Source of the DNA: Candidatus Rokuibacteriota bacterium | GTDB taxonomy: Bacteria > Methylomirabilota > Methylomirabilia > Rokubacteriales > DASRDR01 | Direction: 5' to 3' | DNA: 64,000 nt | Assembly (NCBI GenBank): GCA_044866005.1 | Contig: JBIOTN010000067.1 | Span: 15,068-79,067 of the forward strand | In this document: in pieces, positions 39,029 to 49,732 of the stretch | How the letters are laid out: each line of letters starts with the position of its first letter | Numbering within the stretch: the first letter of the stretch is position 1 | The notes under the pieces: model-generated | Seen by the model: the letters and a program-made list of their open reading frames with translations, nothing else | Databases searched by the model: none | Told to the model about the DNA's origin: nothing | Made by a program: the position numbers and the translations under genes

Positions 39029-39658
39029 GTGGGTACGAGAGAGCGCCGGGCCCGTGAGAGAATCGCCCGTCGAGAGACGATCCTCGACGCGGCCCGGGCG
39101 ATCTTCGCCGATCGGGGCTTGCTGGCGAGCACGATCGACGAGATCGCCGAGCGCGCGGAAGTCGCCAAGGGGACGATCTACCTCTACTTCAAGTCCAAGG
39201 AGGAGATGCTGATGGCTCTCCTCGAGGAGGCCGCCACACTGCTCGCCCATCGGATGACGAAGGCCACCGACCTCGCCCGTCCCGCCGACGAGAATCTGCG
39301 GCGGATCGCCGAGGTCTACTGCCGCTTTGCCCGTGAGGAGCCCCAGTACTTCAAGCTCGTCGCTCTCTTCTGCCAGAGCGAGATCAAAGCGAAGGTCGGC
39401 GGCGGAGCCATGGCTCCAGGCGGAACGTGCCTCGAGGGGCTCGCATCGCTCATCGAGAAGGGCATCCACGAAGGGACCTTCGCTCCGTCGACCGATCCCT
39501 GGAAAGCCGCCGCCGTGGGATGGGCCTCCACGAATGGGATCCTGCTGCTCTTCGAGCAGCATCCCGAGCAAGGCGAGAGGCTACCGGTTGCCGTCGATGA
39601 TCTCCTGCGGGAGTCGACCGAGCTCTTCATCCGCGGGTTGAAGGCGGGCAAAGTCTAA
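39029..39658 (+). CDS. TetR/AcrR-family regulator
   Basis: ILDAARAIF, TIDEIA and KGTIYLYFKSKEE HTH. Confidence 0.92.
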   Translation: MGTRERRARERIARRETILDAARAIFADRGLLASTIDEIAERAEVAKGTIYLYFKSKEEMLMALLEEAATLLAHRMTKATDLARPADENLRRIAEVYCRFAREEPQYFKLVALFCQSEIKAKVGGGAMAPGGTCLEGLASLIEKGIHEGTFAPSTDPWKAAAVGWASTNGILLLFEQHPEQGERLPVAVDDLLRESTELFIRGLKAGKV

Positions 39659-39724
39659 ATTTTTTTCCAAGTCGCTGACCGCCGGTCATCGAATGACGAA
39701 CGGGCCACCGGGGGAGGACGGCGC

Positions 39725-40287
39725 ATGCGACAGCTGACCTTCATCAGGCCGGGCACGCTCGAGTGGCGCGAGGTCGCCGAGCCTGGACTGGAGGGGCCTC
39801 AGGAGGCGATCGTGCGGCCGATCGCGGTCGGGCGCTGCGACCTGGATGGTGCGATCGTCGGAGGACGCGCCCCCTTCGAGGGCCCCTTTGCAATCGGTCA
39901 CGAGTTTGTGGCCGAGATCGTCGCGCTCGGAGAGGGCGTCGCTGGCTTCCAGCCCGGCCAGCGCGTCATCGTCCCGTACCACATTTGCTGCGGGCGCTGC
40001 CCGCGCTTCGCTCGCTGGAGCCGGGCGGCGTCTGCACGAGCGTCGGGATCTACTTCGGTCGCCACGTACGGGTTCCGCTCCTCGAGATGTACGACACCGG
40101 GGTGACCTTCAAGACCGGTCGTGCCCACGCGCGCACGATCGTTCCTCGGGTCCTGGATCTGGTCAGGAGCCGGCGCCTGCAGCCCGACCGTCTGGTGACG
40201 CGATGGGCGAGCTGGGACGACGCCCCTGAGGCCCTCGGCGACCCTTCCGCGAAAGTCGTCGTCCTCGCATCGGAGCCTGACGCATGA
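39725..40287 (+). pseudogene. Zn-dependent alcohol dehydrogenase with large internal deletion
   Basis: N-terminal GHEF and CCGRC motifs jump near 40005 into another frame encoding the C-terminal part (LEPGG...KVVV). Confidence 0.75.
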
Positions 40288-40901
40288 GCCTCTACGCGCG
40301 CTACGTCCTGCCCCGCCTCACCGACCTCGTCATGCGGAACCGGGCCGACGCGGAGGAGCGGGCCAAGCTGCTGCCGCTCGCCACCGGCGTCGTCGTCGAG
40401 GTGGGAATCGGCTCCGCGCTCAACCTTCCCTGCTACGGGCCGGCCGTCGAGGCGCTCTACGGGGTCGACCCGTCGGTCGCGCTCTGGCGGATCGGGCGGC
40501 GCCGGGTGGCGGCCGCGCGGTTCCCCGTCCAGTTCGTGGCCGGCTCGGCGGAGCGTATCCCGCTCCCGGCGGCGCTCGCCGACACGGTGGTCAGCACGTG
40601 GACCTTGTGCACCATTCCCGACCCGCGCGCGGCGCTGGCGGAGATGCGGCGGGTCCTGAAGCCGGACGGACGCCTGCTCTTCATCGAGCACGGCCGCGCG
40701 CCCGACCCCGGCGTCCGGGCCTGGCAGGATCGTCTCACGCCGGTCTGGAAGCGGGTGGCGGGGGGCTGCCACATGAATCGGCCGATCGACGCGCTGATCG
40801 GCGGCGCCGGCTTCGAGTTCGCGAAGATCGAGGTCGGCTACGCGAGCGGGCCGAAGGTGCTGGCCTATCTCTACCGGGGCGTGGCATGGCGCACGGCATG
40901 A
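40284..40901 (+). CDS. Class I SAM-dependent methyltransferase (paralog of 32031-32651)
   Basis: LYARYVLP, EVGIGSALN, TLCTIPD and GGCHM motifs. Confidence 0.88.
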   Translation: MSLYARYVLPRLTDLVMRNRADAEERAKLLPLATGVVVEVGIGSALNLPCYGPAVEALYGVDPSVALWRIGRRRVAAARFPVQFVAGSAERIPLPAALADTVVSTWTLCTIPDPRAALAEMRRVLKPDGRLLFIEHGRAPDPGVRAWQDRLTPVWKRVAGGCHMNRPIDALIGGAGFEFAKIEVGYASGPKVLAYLYRGVAWRTA

Positions 40902-40917
40902 GGAGGAGGAGGGGGCC

Positions 40918-42021
40918 ATGACTGTCGCGACGGCTGTCGAGACCCCGAGAGACCGGGCGCTGACCGCGAGCCGACTCCTGTGGCTGACCCTCGGGCTCGC
41001 CCTGATGTCGGACATCGGCGCGCACGTGGACGCCTGGTACCACGTGCGTTGGGGGTTCGCGGTCGAGTCGTTCTTCACGTGGCCGCACGCGCTCTTCTAT
41101 GCCGGGCGACTCGGCTTCGGGCTCGCCGCCGCGCTCGCCTTCGCCGAGGGTCGCCGAGCCGGCGTCCCCACTCGACGCACGCTGTTCGGCGGCTATGGCC
41201 TCGTCCTGGGCGGCTCGGTCCTCTTCCTCCTGGGAGGCATGTTCGACTTCGCGTGGCATGACTGGTTCGGGTTCGAGGCCAACCTGGAGGCGCTCCTGAG
41301 CCCCTCGCACCTGTGGCTCGTGACGGCGGATCTCGTCTCGTACGTGGGGTTGCTCCAGGTTGCCGCGGAGCATCGTGCGCTCGATTCGCCGCGCTACCGG
41401 CTCCGCGGAAGCGACCTGCCCGTTCTCCTCGCGTTCAGCCTCCTCCTCCGTCTGGCGCTGTGGAGCCTTGCCTACGCCGATCCGCTCGCCGTCGATTACG
41501 CCTCCCGCGGGATCACGGTCAGCCGGCTCGCCAGCGGCGCGGGTGCCGCCTGGCCGAGCGCGGCGACGGAGGTGGCCGGGACGACGGGCATCGTCCTGCA
41601 CGCGGTCCTCCTGGCTCTCTTCCTCGTCGGCCCGCTTCGACAGCTACGCCTGCCGGTGGGCGCGGTGGCGGGCATGATGCTGTGGAACGCCTGGCTCACG
41701 GCCGCCGTCAGCGGCATGTGGCTCTACCTCCCCGCCGCGGTGAGCGGCGCGGCCGTGGGCGAGCTGCTCTGGCTGTCGCTGTGGCGGGGCGGTCTGGGCG
41801 GCCTGAACGCGGAGCGGGGCTACTGGATGCTCGCTGCCGTCGTGCCCCTCGTGCAGTTCGCCGTGTATTTCGGCCTCATGGCGGCCTTCGGCGGCGGCAT
41901 CGCCTGGACGACCCACCTCTGGGCCGGGGCGCCGATCATGGCCGGGTTCTTCGGCCTGATCACGGGGCTGCTCGCCGTGCCGCCGCGGTTCTGCCGGGCG
42001 CCCGTCGGCGCGGCGCGATGA
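40918..42021 (+). CDS. Polytopic membrane protein
   Basis: DAWYH...TWPH and DFAWH...SPSH repeated His motifs in TM segments. Confidence 0.7.
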   Translation: MTVATAVETPRDRALTASRLLWLTLGLALMSDIGAHVDAWYHVRWGFAVESFFTWPHALFYAGRLGFGLAAALAFAEGRRAGVPTRRTLFGGYGLVLGGSVLFLLGGMFDFAWHDWFGFEANLEALLSPSHLWLVTADLVSYVGLLQVAAEHRALDSPRYRLRGSDLPVLLAFSLLLRLALWSLAYADPLAVDYASRGITVSRLASGAGAAWPSAATEVAGTTGIVLHAVLLALFLVGPLRQLRLPVGAVAGMMLWNAWLTAAVSGMWLYLPAAVSGAAVGELLWLSLWRGGLGGLNAERGYWMLAAVVPLVQFAVYFGLMAAFGGGIAWTTHLWAGAPIMAGFFGLITGLLAVPPRFCRAPVGAAR

Positions 42022-42123
42022 CGCGGCGTGAACGCGCCTCATCCCCGCGTCACCGCCACGGTCACGTCGGCGCCGTCGGCCTCGCGGGCAGGTCGGCGGC
42101 GCGCGATTCCCTGGCAGACGCGC

Positions 42124-42417
42124 TCAGACCAGCTCGCGCACCTTGTCGCCGAGGACCGTGAGCGCGATCTGCCCGCGGTTCGGCTCGCCCCGGGCCAGCG
42201 ATTCGGCGAACTTCGCGCTCTGGCTCAGCGTGACCTTCGGCGGCATGGGCGGGGTGAACGGGTCCACGACCGCCTCCACCACGACGGGGCCCGGGGTGGC
42301 CAGCGCCTCGTCGAGGACGCGGCCGCCGTGGCGAACTCGGCCATGAGCATGGAGAAGCCGCCGTCGCCGACGAACGCCACGCACTGGCGGTCGGGGTAGG
42401 CGATCTGCGCGCCGTCG
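42124..42417 (-). pseudogene. Remnant of pyruvate oxidase/TPP-dependent enzyme C-terminus
   Basis: AQIAYPDRQCVAFVGDGGFSMLMAEF (TPP GDG motif), then a different frame gives GPVVVEAVVDPFTPPMPP; no N-terminus. Confidence 0.7.
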
Positions 42418-42432
42418 CTCCTTCGTCTCCGC

Positions 42433-43419
42433 TCACGCGGCGCGCGCCGCCGGCGTGGCCGGGTCGCGGAACTTCGGAATGATCTCCCGCTCGTAGAACC
42501 GAAAGAAGCCGTCCTGATCGGGCCCCACCTGGTGGATCCAGACGTGGTCGTACCCGGCGTCGGCGTACCGGCGGATGGCGGCGAGGTGCCGCTCGGGGTC
42601 CGGCCCGCAGGCCACGGCCTGCGCGACGTCCTCTTCGCCGACCATCCGGCCGGCCTGCTCGAAGTGCGCCGGGAGGCGGAGCTCGGCGGGCAGCTCGCCC
42701 GGCATCGCCGCGAGCGACCACCACTCGTGCGCGGTCCGCCGCGCCTCCGCCTCGCTCGCCGCCCAGCAGACCGTCGCCTCGCCGTAGCACGGCTTTCCCG
42801 CCCCCCCGGCGATCTGGAACGCCCGCACGAGCCCGGCATCCGGCGTCACGCCGATCAGCCCGTCCCCGATCCGGCCGGCGAGCTCGGCGGCACGGCGCCC
42901 GCTCGCCGCCACCAGGATCGGCGGCAACGCCTCCGGCAGCGTGTAGATGCGCGCCTTCTCCACCGTGTAGTGCCGGCCGCGGTGGCTGTGAACCCCGCCC
43001 CGCCAGAGCAGCCGGATGACCGCGATCGCCTCCTCGAGCATCTCCCGCCGCACCTCGGCGGGCGGCCAGTGCTGCCCCAGGATGTGCTCGTTCAGGTTCT
43101 CGCCCGCGCCCACTCCGAAGAGGAACCGCCCCGGCAACATGGCCGCCGCCGTGGCCGCGGCCTGGGCCGCGAGGGCCGGGTGGAGCCGCATCGTCGGGCA
43201 GGTCACCCCGGTGCCGATGCCGAGGCGCCGCGTGGCCTGGGCCACCGCGCCGATCACGGGCCACACGAACGGACTGTGGCCCTGCCGGTCCACCCAGGGA
43301 TGGTAGTGGTCGGAGACCATCGCGAAGGCGAAGCCGACCTCTTCGGCCCGCTGCGCGTGGCGGACCAGGTCGGTCGGGCCGTGCTCTTCGCTCGAGAGCT
43401 TGTAGCCGAGCGCGATCAT
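42433..43419 (-). CDS. LLM-class (F420-dependent-type) oxidoreductase
   Basis: GYKLSSEE, SDHYHPW, GTGVTCP and GAGENLNEH motifs. Confidence 0.88.
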   Translation of the reverse strand: MIALGYKLSSEEHGPTDLVRHAQRAEEVGFAFAMVSDHYHPWVDRQGHSPFVWPVIGAVAQATRRLGIGTGVTCPTMRLHPALAAQAAATAAAMLPGRFLFGVGAGENLNEHILGQHWPPAEVRREMLEEAIAVIRLLWRGGVHSHRGRHYTVEKARIYTLPEALPPILVAASGRRAAELAGRIGDGLIGVTPDAGLVRAFQIAGGAGKPCYGEATVCWAASEAEARRTAHEWWSLAAMPGELPAELRLPAHFEQAGRMVGEEDVAQAVACGPDPERHLAAIRRYADAGYDHVWIHQVGPDQDGFFRFYEREIIPKFRDPATPAARAA

Positions 43420-43595
43420 CAGAAAGACGAAAGACCACGCGGTCTTCCCGGGCCCGGGGGTGCAAGGTGGATGCCGGACCCTCGCAGGCGCGAGACGGAG
43501 CGCGCTCACCGCGGCCGGGGGAGCGGGGCCGGGCGGCGGGAGCCGTCGGCTGGGCGGCGGCACGATTGCATGCCCCGAGCGGCAGGAGGTGGACC

Positions 43596-44441
43596 ATGCG
43601 ACAGAGCGCACACGGCCTCTTGAGCTACACGATCGGCGCCACCGACGGCGACATCGGCGGCGTCTACGACCTCTACTTCGACGATCAGCGGTGGACGATC
43701 CGCTACCTCGTGGTCGACACCGGCACCTGGCTGCCGGGACGCCGCGTGCTGATCTCACCGATGGCCGTGCGCGAGCCGAGCTGGAGTGCGCAGCGGCTCG
43801 CCGTCGCGCTGACGAAGGCGCAGGTCGAGGGGAGCCCGTCCTTCGACGCGGCGAAGCCCGTCTCGCGGCAGCACGAGATCGAGTTCGCCGGCTACTACGG
43901 CTATCCGCTCTACTGGGCCGGCCCGTACCTCTGGGGCCCGGTGCCTTACCCGATGCCGGTCGCGGGCCGCGAGGTCGAGCCGGAGACCGCCGAGGCGCTC
44001 CGCCGCGAAGGCTGGGCGCAGGTCGGCCCGGAACACCGGGAGCGCGGCTCCCTGGCCTCGGGGCGGGTCGAGCGGGAGGAGGGCGACCCGCACCTCCGGA
44101 GCGTCCGCGAGGTCCTGGGCTACGCCATCCAGGCGGCGGACGGCGAGATCGGCCACGTGGAGGACTTCATCCTCGACGACGAGACCTGGACCGTCCGCTA
44201 TCTGGTCGTGGACACGCGGAACTGGTGGCCGGGGAAGAAGGTGCTCGTCTCACCCGAGTGGATCGACTACGTGAGCTGGGCCGACTCGAAGGTCCACGTG
44301 AACCTCACGCGCCACGAGATCCGGGACGCGCCCGAGTACGACCCGGCCCGGCCCATCGAGCGGGCGGACGAGAGCCGGCTCTACGAGCATTACCAGCGGC
44401 CGAAGTACTGGGAGGCCGGAGACCGCGACCGCGCCGCCTGA
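43596..44441 (+). CDS. PRC-barrel domain protein (two repeats)
   Basis: Two copies of DGxIG...DD..WT.RYLVVDT..W.PG..VL.SP. Confidence 0.88.
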   Translation: MRQSAHGLLSYTIGATDGDIGGVYDLYFDDQRWTIRYLVVDTGTWLPGRRVLISPMAVREPSWSAQRLAVALTKAQVEGSPSFDAAKPVSRQHEIEFAGYYGYPLYWAGPYLWGPVPYPMPVAGREVEPETAEALRREGWAQVGPEHRERGSLASGRVEREEGDPHLRSVREVLGYAIQAADGEIGHVEDFILDDETWTVRYLVVDTRNWWPGKKVLVSPEWIDYVSWADSKVHVNLTRHEIRDAPEYDPARPIERADESRLYEHYQRPKYWEAGDRDRAA

Positions 44442-44443
44442 CT

Positions 44444-44518
44444 GCCGGGCCGATAAGCGTCGCATCTCGGCGTCCGGCATCACGGCCAGGACGCGATCTG
44501 CTCGCTTCTCGGCCCGGC
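44444..44518. repeat. Dispersed palindromic element, copy 2 (shorter)
   Basis: Reverse complement matches 3478-3509 (30/32) and 3390-3413 (22/24); between convergent genes. Confidence 0.6.
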
Positions 44519-44548
44519 CAAGCGGCGAGATCGGCCTGCGACGGGCGC

Positions 44549-45199
44549 TCAGGCTGCGGGGCGGACCGCGGCCTCTTCGTGGAGCCGCCGCTCCACCATC
44601 TGCCAGTCGATGTTCCGGAAGAACGCCTGGATGTACTTGCCGCGCTCCGTCGCCTTGTAGTCCCGCATGAACGCGTGCTCCCAGACGTCCATGACGAGGA
44701 TCGGCTTGAACCCGGCCGGCACCCCGTCCTGGTGGAGCGTGATCCAGTGGTCGGTGAGCCGGTCGGTGGCGGGGTCCTGGAAGAGGATCACCCAGCCGAC
44801 ACCGCGCATCTCGCCGATGGCCTGGAAATCCGCCTTCCACTGCTCCACGGAGGCGAAGGACTGGGTGAGGGCCTGCGCGAGTCCGGACCCCGACGGGGGC
44901 TGCGGCTCCGCGGCCGAGCGGAGGTTTTCGAAGTAGTACTCGTGCAGGATCATCCCGTTGTACTCGAAGCCGAGCCGGCGCGTGAGCTCGGCGAACTCCG
45001 GGCTCTTGCCGGAGGCCTGGCCCCGGCCTATTAGCCCCGCCAGCTCCTCGTTGAGCAGGTTGACCTGCTTCACGTACCCCGCGTAGAGGGCGAGGTGCTC
45101 CGCGATCTGTGGGTCGGAGATGCCGTCGAGTTCCTTCAGGTCGAACTCTTGCGCCTTGTAGCTCTTCGGCTTGTAGGACTTCGCCTGGTACGTCGCCAC
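44549..45199 (-). CDS. Fe/Mn superoxide dismutase-family protein (atypical N-terminal ligand region)
   Basis: EHLALYAGYV, NGMILHEYYF, GVGW and DVWEHAF motifs. Confidence 0.8.
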   Translation of the reverse strand: MATYQAKSYKPKSYKAQEFDLKELDGISDPQIAEHLALYAGYVKQVNLLNEELAGLIGRGQASGKSPEFAELTRRLGFEYNGMILHEYYFENLRSAAEPQPPSGSGLAQALTQSFASVEQWKADFQAIGEMRGVGWVILFQDPATDRLTDHWITLHQDGVPAGFKPILVMDVWEHAFMRDYKATERGKYIQAFFRNIDWQMVERRLHEEAAVRPAA

Positions 45200-45378
45200 G
45201 GCGGAGACTCCTTTCTGCCCTCCTCTCCTCAGTGTATCCCAATCTCGGTCGGCGGACGCCGTCCGCCGAGCGCGCGGTTGAAAATCGGTCGGGCCGAGCC
45301 CATAATAGCGCTCGCTGCGCGCCCCGCGGCGCGCGCCCGCAACGCGACGTCCCCCCCGAGCGACGAGGAGCACGCAGG

Positions 45379-46497
45379 ATGGCCGAGTCGGCGACGCCCA
45401 GTCTGAAGCGGACGCCCCTCTACGCCGCGCACGTGCGGCGGGGGGCGCGGCTGATCGGGTTCGGGGGCTGGGAGATGCCGGTGCAGTACACGGGGATCGT
45501 GGAGGAGCACCGAACCGTGCGCTCGGCCGTCGGCTGCTTCGACGTGAGCCACATGGGCGAGTTCGAGTTCCGCGGCCGTGACGCGACCCGCGCGCTCCAG
45601 CGGCTGACCACCAACGACGTCGCCGCGCTCGAGGTCGGCCAGGTCCAGTACTCGCTGCTCTGCTACGAGGACGGCGGGATCGTCGACGACCTCACCCTCT
45701 ACCGGCTCGGCGACGACCACTACATGATGACCGTGAACGCCGCCAACATCGACAAGGACTGGGCGTGGGTCACGCAGCACCTGGACGGCCAGGTCGAGGC
45801 GAAGAACGCGAGCGCGGAGACCGGGCTCATCGCCGTGCAAGGGCCGCGGGCCGAGGCCCTCGTGGGCCGACTCGCGGACGTCGACGTGACAGGCATCGCC
45901 TACTACCGATGTGTGCGCGGGCGCGTGGCAGGCCGGCGCGCGCTGATCTCCCGGACGGGGTACACGGGGGAGGACGGCTTCGAGCTCTACCTGGCAGCGG
46001 GCGACACCGAGGCGGTGTGGGAGGCGCTCCTCGCCGAGGGCACGCGGGAGGGCGCCGCGCCGATCGGGCTCGGCGCGCGCGATACCCTGCGGCTGGAGAT
46101 GAAGTACGCGCTCTACGGCAACGACATCGACCAGAGCACGAACCCCCTCGAGGCGGGGCTGGGGTGGGTGGTGAAGCCCGGCAAGGGGGAGTTCATCGGA
46201 AAGCCGGCCGTCGAGCGCGTCAAGGCCGAGGGCGCCAGGCGCCGGCTGATCGGCTTCGAGATGGTGGACCGGGCGGTGGCGCGCCACGGCTACCGGGTGC
46301 TCCACGGGGGCCGGGTCGTGGGCCAGGTGACGTCGGGCTCGTACGGCCCCTCCGTCGATCGGTACATCGGGATGGCCTACGTGGAGGCGCCGCTCGCCGG
46401 CGTCGGCTCCGAGATCGACGTGGACGTGCGGGAGCGACCCCAGCGGGCGCGGGTCGTCAAGACGCCCTTTCAGCCGCCGCGGGTGAAAAAGTCCTAG
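45379..46497 (+). CDS. gcvT: Glycine cleavage system aminomethyltransferase T
   Basis: FGGWEMPVQY, FDVSHMGE, SRTGYTGEDGFE and GARDTLRLE motifs. Confidence 0.95.
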   Translation: MAESATPSLKRTPLYAAHVRRGARLIGFGGWEMPVQYTGIVEEHRTVRSAVGCFDVSHMGEFEFRGRDATRALQRLTTNDVAALEVGQVQYSLLCYEDGGIVDDLTLYRLGDDHYMMTVNAANIDKDWAWVTQHLDGQVEAKNASAETGLIAVQGPRAEALVGRLADVDVTGIAYYRCVRGRVAGRRALISRTGYTGEDGFELYLAAGDTEAVWEALLAEGTREGAAPIGLGARDTLRLEMKYALYGNDIDQSTNPLEAGLGWVVKPGKGEFIGKPAVERVKAEGARRRLIGFEMVDRAVARHGYRVLHGGRVVGQVTSGSYGPSVDRYIGMAYVEAPLAGVGSEIDVDVRERPQRARVVKTPFQPPRVKKS

Positions 46498-46586
46498 GGG
46501 CTGCGAGGGAGGCGCTCTCGAGCGCGGCGGAATTCGAGGCGTATCTGAAGACGACGGAGGCGACTGACGTGCAGCCCGTGGGACCG

Positions 46587-47930
46587 ATGCGGTACCTGCC
46601 GACGACCCCGGCGCAGCGGGCGGCGATGCTCGAGACGATCGGGGTGGGGGAGCTGGAGGCGCTGCTCACAGGGATTCCGGCGAAGGCGCGGCTGGACCGG
46701 GGGCTCGAGCTGCCGTCGGCGTTGGCGGAGGCCGAGCTGGTGGCGGCGCTCCGATCGCTCGCGGCCGAGAACGCCCACGCGGCCGACTACGTCTCGTTTC
46801 TCGGCGCCGGGGCCTACGACCGCTACATCCCGAGCGTGATCAATCATCTCCTCCTGCGCGCGGAGTTCTTCACGGCGTATACCCCGTATCAGCCGGAGGC
46901 GAGCCAGGGGACGCTGCGGACGATCTACGAGTACCAGACGATGCTGTGCGAGCTGACGGGGATGGACGTCGCGAACGCCTCGCTCTACGACGGGGGCTCG
47001 GCGCTGGCGGAGGCGGCCCTGATGGCGCATGGGGTGACGGACCGGGAGGAGGTCGTCATCTCGGGGGCGGTGTCGCCGCTGGGGCGGCGGGTCGTCGCGA
47101 CGTACTGCGCGGGGCCCCGGCTGCCGCTCAAGGCGGTGCCGTGGGTGGACGGGGTGACGGATCTCGAGGCCCTCCGGAAGGCCGTCACCGACAAGACGGC
47201 GGCGGTCATGGTCCAGTACCCGAACTTCTTCGGCTGCCTGGAGGACCTCGAGGCGGTGGCGGCGATCGCGCACGGGCGGGGGGCGCTGCTGGTGGTGTCC
47301 GTGGACCCGGTCGCGCTCGGACTCCTGCGGCCGCCCGGGGAGGCGGGGGCGGACATCGTGGTGGGCGAGGGGCAGGGGCTCGGGAACCCGCTGAATGGGG
47401 GGGGGCCGTACCTGGGCCTGTTCGCGTGCCGGCAGGCCCTGGTGCGTCGGATGCCGGGGCGGCTGGTGGGGGCGACCCTCGACACCAAGGGCCGCCGCGG
47501 GTTTGTCCTCACCCTGCAGACGCGGGAGCAGCACATTCGGCGGGAGAAGGCGACCTCGAACATCTGCACGAACGTGGCACTGGTAGCGCTGGGGGCGACG
47601 ATGTACCTGGCGCTGATGGGGCCGGAGGGGTTGCGGCGAGTGGCGAGCCTGTCCACCGCGAAGGCCCACTACGCAGCGGAGGTGCTCGGCCGGGTCCCCG
47701 GGGTCAGCCGCCGCTTCGCGGCGCCGTTTTTCCACGAGTTCGTCCTCCGGCTGCCGAAGTCACCGGAGCGCGTCCTCCGGGCGCTGCGGAAGCGCCGGAT
47801 CCTGGGCGGCGTCGCGCTGGGCGGGTTCGACCGCGCTCTCAAGGACTGCGTCATGGTGGCGGTGACAGAGCGGCGGACGCGGGCGGAGATCGACGGCTAC
47901 GCCGCGGCGCTGGCGGCGGTGGTGGCATGA
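46587..47930 (+). CDS. gcvPA: Glycine dehydrogenase subunit 1
   Basis: [20 protein letters not shown] and [16 protein letters not shown] motifs. Confidence 0.95.
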   Translation: MRYLPTTPAQRAAMLETIGVGELEALLTGIPAKARLDRGLELPSALAEAELVAALRSLAAENAHAADYVSFLGAGAYDRYIPSVINHLLLRAEFFTAYTPYQPEASQGTLRTIYEYQTMLCELTGMDVANASLYDGGSALAEAALMAHGVTDREEVVISGAVSPLGRRVVATYCAGPRLPLKAVPWVDGVTDLEALRKAVTDKTAAVMVQYPNFFGCLEDLEAVAAIAHGRGALLVVSVDPVALGLLRPPGEAGADIVVGEGQGLGNPLNGGGPYLGLFACRQALVRRMPGRLVGATLDTKGRRGFVLTLQTREQHIRREKATSNICTNVALVALGATMYLALMGPEGLRRVASLSTAKAHYAAEVLGRVPGVSRRFAAPFFHEFVLRLPKSPERVLRALRKRRILGGVALGGFDRALKDCVMVAVTERRTRAEIDGYAAALAAVVA

Positions 47931-47940
47931 GAGGCCGGGC

Positions 47941-49431
47941 ATGCACGACTACGACCAGCTGATCTTCGAGCTATCCGTACCGGGGCGGGTGGGCTATTCG
48001 CTGGCGGAGCCGGACGTCCCCGAGGCGGACCCCGGGCGACTCTTGCCGGCGCCGCACCTGCGGCGGCGGCCCCCGGCGCTGCCGGAGGTCAGCGAGTTCG
48101 ACGTGGTGCGCCACTACACGCGCCTCTCCCGGATGAACTACGCGGTGGACACGCACTTCTATCCGCTTGGCTCGTGCACGATGAAGTACAACCCCAAGAT
48201 CAACGAGGACATGGCGCGGCTGCCGGGCTTTGCCCACCTCCACCCCCTGACGCCGGACGAGGCGATGCCCGGGCTGCTGAAGCTGATGGTCCGGCTCGGG
48301 GAGGCGCTCGCCGAGATCGTGGGGATGGACGCGGTCTCGCTCCAGCCCGCGGCGGGGGCACAGGGGGAGCTGGCAGGGATCCTGATGATCCGGGCGTACC
48401 ACCTCGACCGGGAGGGGCGGGCACGCACGAAGGTGCTGGTGCCCGATTCGGCCCACGGGACGAACCCGGCGTCGACGACGATCGCGGGGTACCAGACGAT
48501 CCAGCTGAAGTCGGACGCGCAGGGGGAGGTGGACCTGCTCGACCTCGAGCGCCACCTCGACGAGGACGTCGCGGCCTTCATGATCACGGTGCCGAACACG
48601 CTGGGGCTCTTCGAGTCGAAGATTCTCGAGATCACGGAGATGTGCCACGCCAAAGGGGTGCAGGTGTACATGGACGGGGCGAACCTGAACGCCCTGCTGG
48701 GGCTCACCCGGCCGGGCGACCTGGGGTTCGACGTGGTGCACATGAACCTGCACAAGACCTTCACGACGCCACACGGGGGCGGGGGCCCGGGGGCGGGGCC
48801 GGTGGCGGTGAAGGCGCACCTGGCGCCCTTCCTGCCGGTGCCCCTGCCCGTGCGGGAGGCTGACCGGTATCGCCTGGACTGGAAGCGGCCCAAGTCGATC
48901 GGGAAGCTGCAGGCGTTCTGGGGGAACGTCGGGATGCTGGTGCGCGCGTACACGTACATCCGGACGATGGGCCCCGATGGCCTCCGAGCCGTCTCCGAGG
49001 ACGCCATCCTCAACGCGAACTACATCAAGGCGCGGCTCGGGCCTGCCTACGACCTGCCGTACCCCGGCCCCTCGATGCACGAGGTGGTCTTCTCCGCGCG
49101 GCGGCAGAAGCGGCAGGGGGTGACGGCGACGGATATCGCCAAGCGACTCCTGGATCTCGGGTTCTACGCCCCCTCCATCTACTTTCCGCTGGTCGTCGAG
49201 GAGGCGCTGATGATCGAGCCGACGGAGACGGAGTCGAAGGAGACGCTCGACGAGTTCTGCGACGCCATGCTCCAGATCGCGCGGGAGGCGGAGACGGAGC
49301 CGGCGACGGTGCAGGGGGCGCCGGTGACGACGCCGGTCGGGCGATTGGACCAGACGCGGGCCGCGCGGCAGCCGAACCTCCGCTGGCCACACAGCGCGAG
49401 CCCGGGGCCGGAGACGCCGCGCGGCCAGTAG
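47941..49431 (+). CDS. gcvPB: Glycine dehydrogenase subunit 2
   Basis: [34 protein letters not shown] and MIEPTETE motifs. Confidence 0.95.
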   Translation: MHDYDQLIFELSVPGRVGYSLAEPDVPEADPGRLLPAPHLRRRPPALPEVSEFDVVRHYTRLSRMNYAVDTHFYPLGSCTMKYNPKINEDMARLPGFAHLHPLTPDEAMPGLLKLMVRLGEALAEIVGMDAVSLQPAAGAQGELAGILMIRAYHLDREGRARTKVLVPDSAHGTNPASTTIAGYQTIQLKSDAQGEVDLLDLERHLDEDVAAFMITVPNTLGLFESKILEITEMCHAKGVQVYMDGANLNALLGLTRPGDLGFDVVHMNLHKTFTTPHGGGGPGAGPVAVKAHLAPFLPVPLPVREADRYRLDWKRPKSIGKLQAFWGNVGMLVRAYTYIRTMGPDGLRAVSEDAILNANYIKARLGPAYDLPYPGPSMHEVVFSARRQKRQGVTATDIAKRLLDLGFYAPSIYFPLVVEEALMIEPTETESKETLDEFCDAMLQIAREAETEPATVQGAPVTTPVGRLDQTRAARQPNLRWPHSASPGPETPRGQ

Positions 49432-49732
49432 CACCCGCCCGGGACCTCGGACTCCCCTCCCAGGACGTCACGCCGGCGGAGCACGGCGTCCCGCCACCAC
49501 ACCTCCTCGACGGCGTCCGCGGCAGGAGCAGGCGGAGCCAACCCTTGGGCCTTGACGGCCTCCGCCGGCCCCGCATAGACTGACCGCCATTCAGCGCTGC
49601 CGAGAAGCGCGAGATCGGTCCGGGCGCTCGTGACCGGACACGCGGGGGCGTTGCGGGGTACCATGGTGGCGCCCCTGCGGGACACGACGCCGAGCGATTG
49701 CCTCCGGGTGACGACAGGAGAGGCGGACGGCG

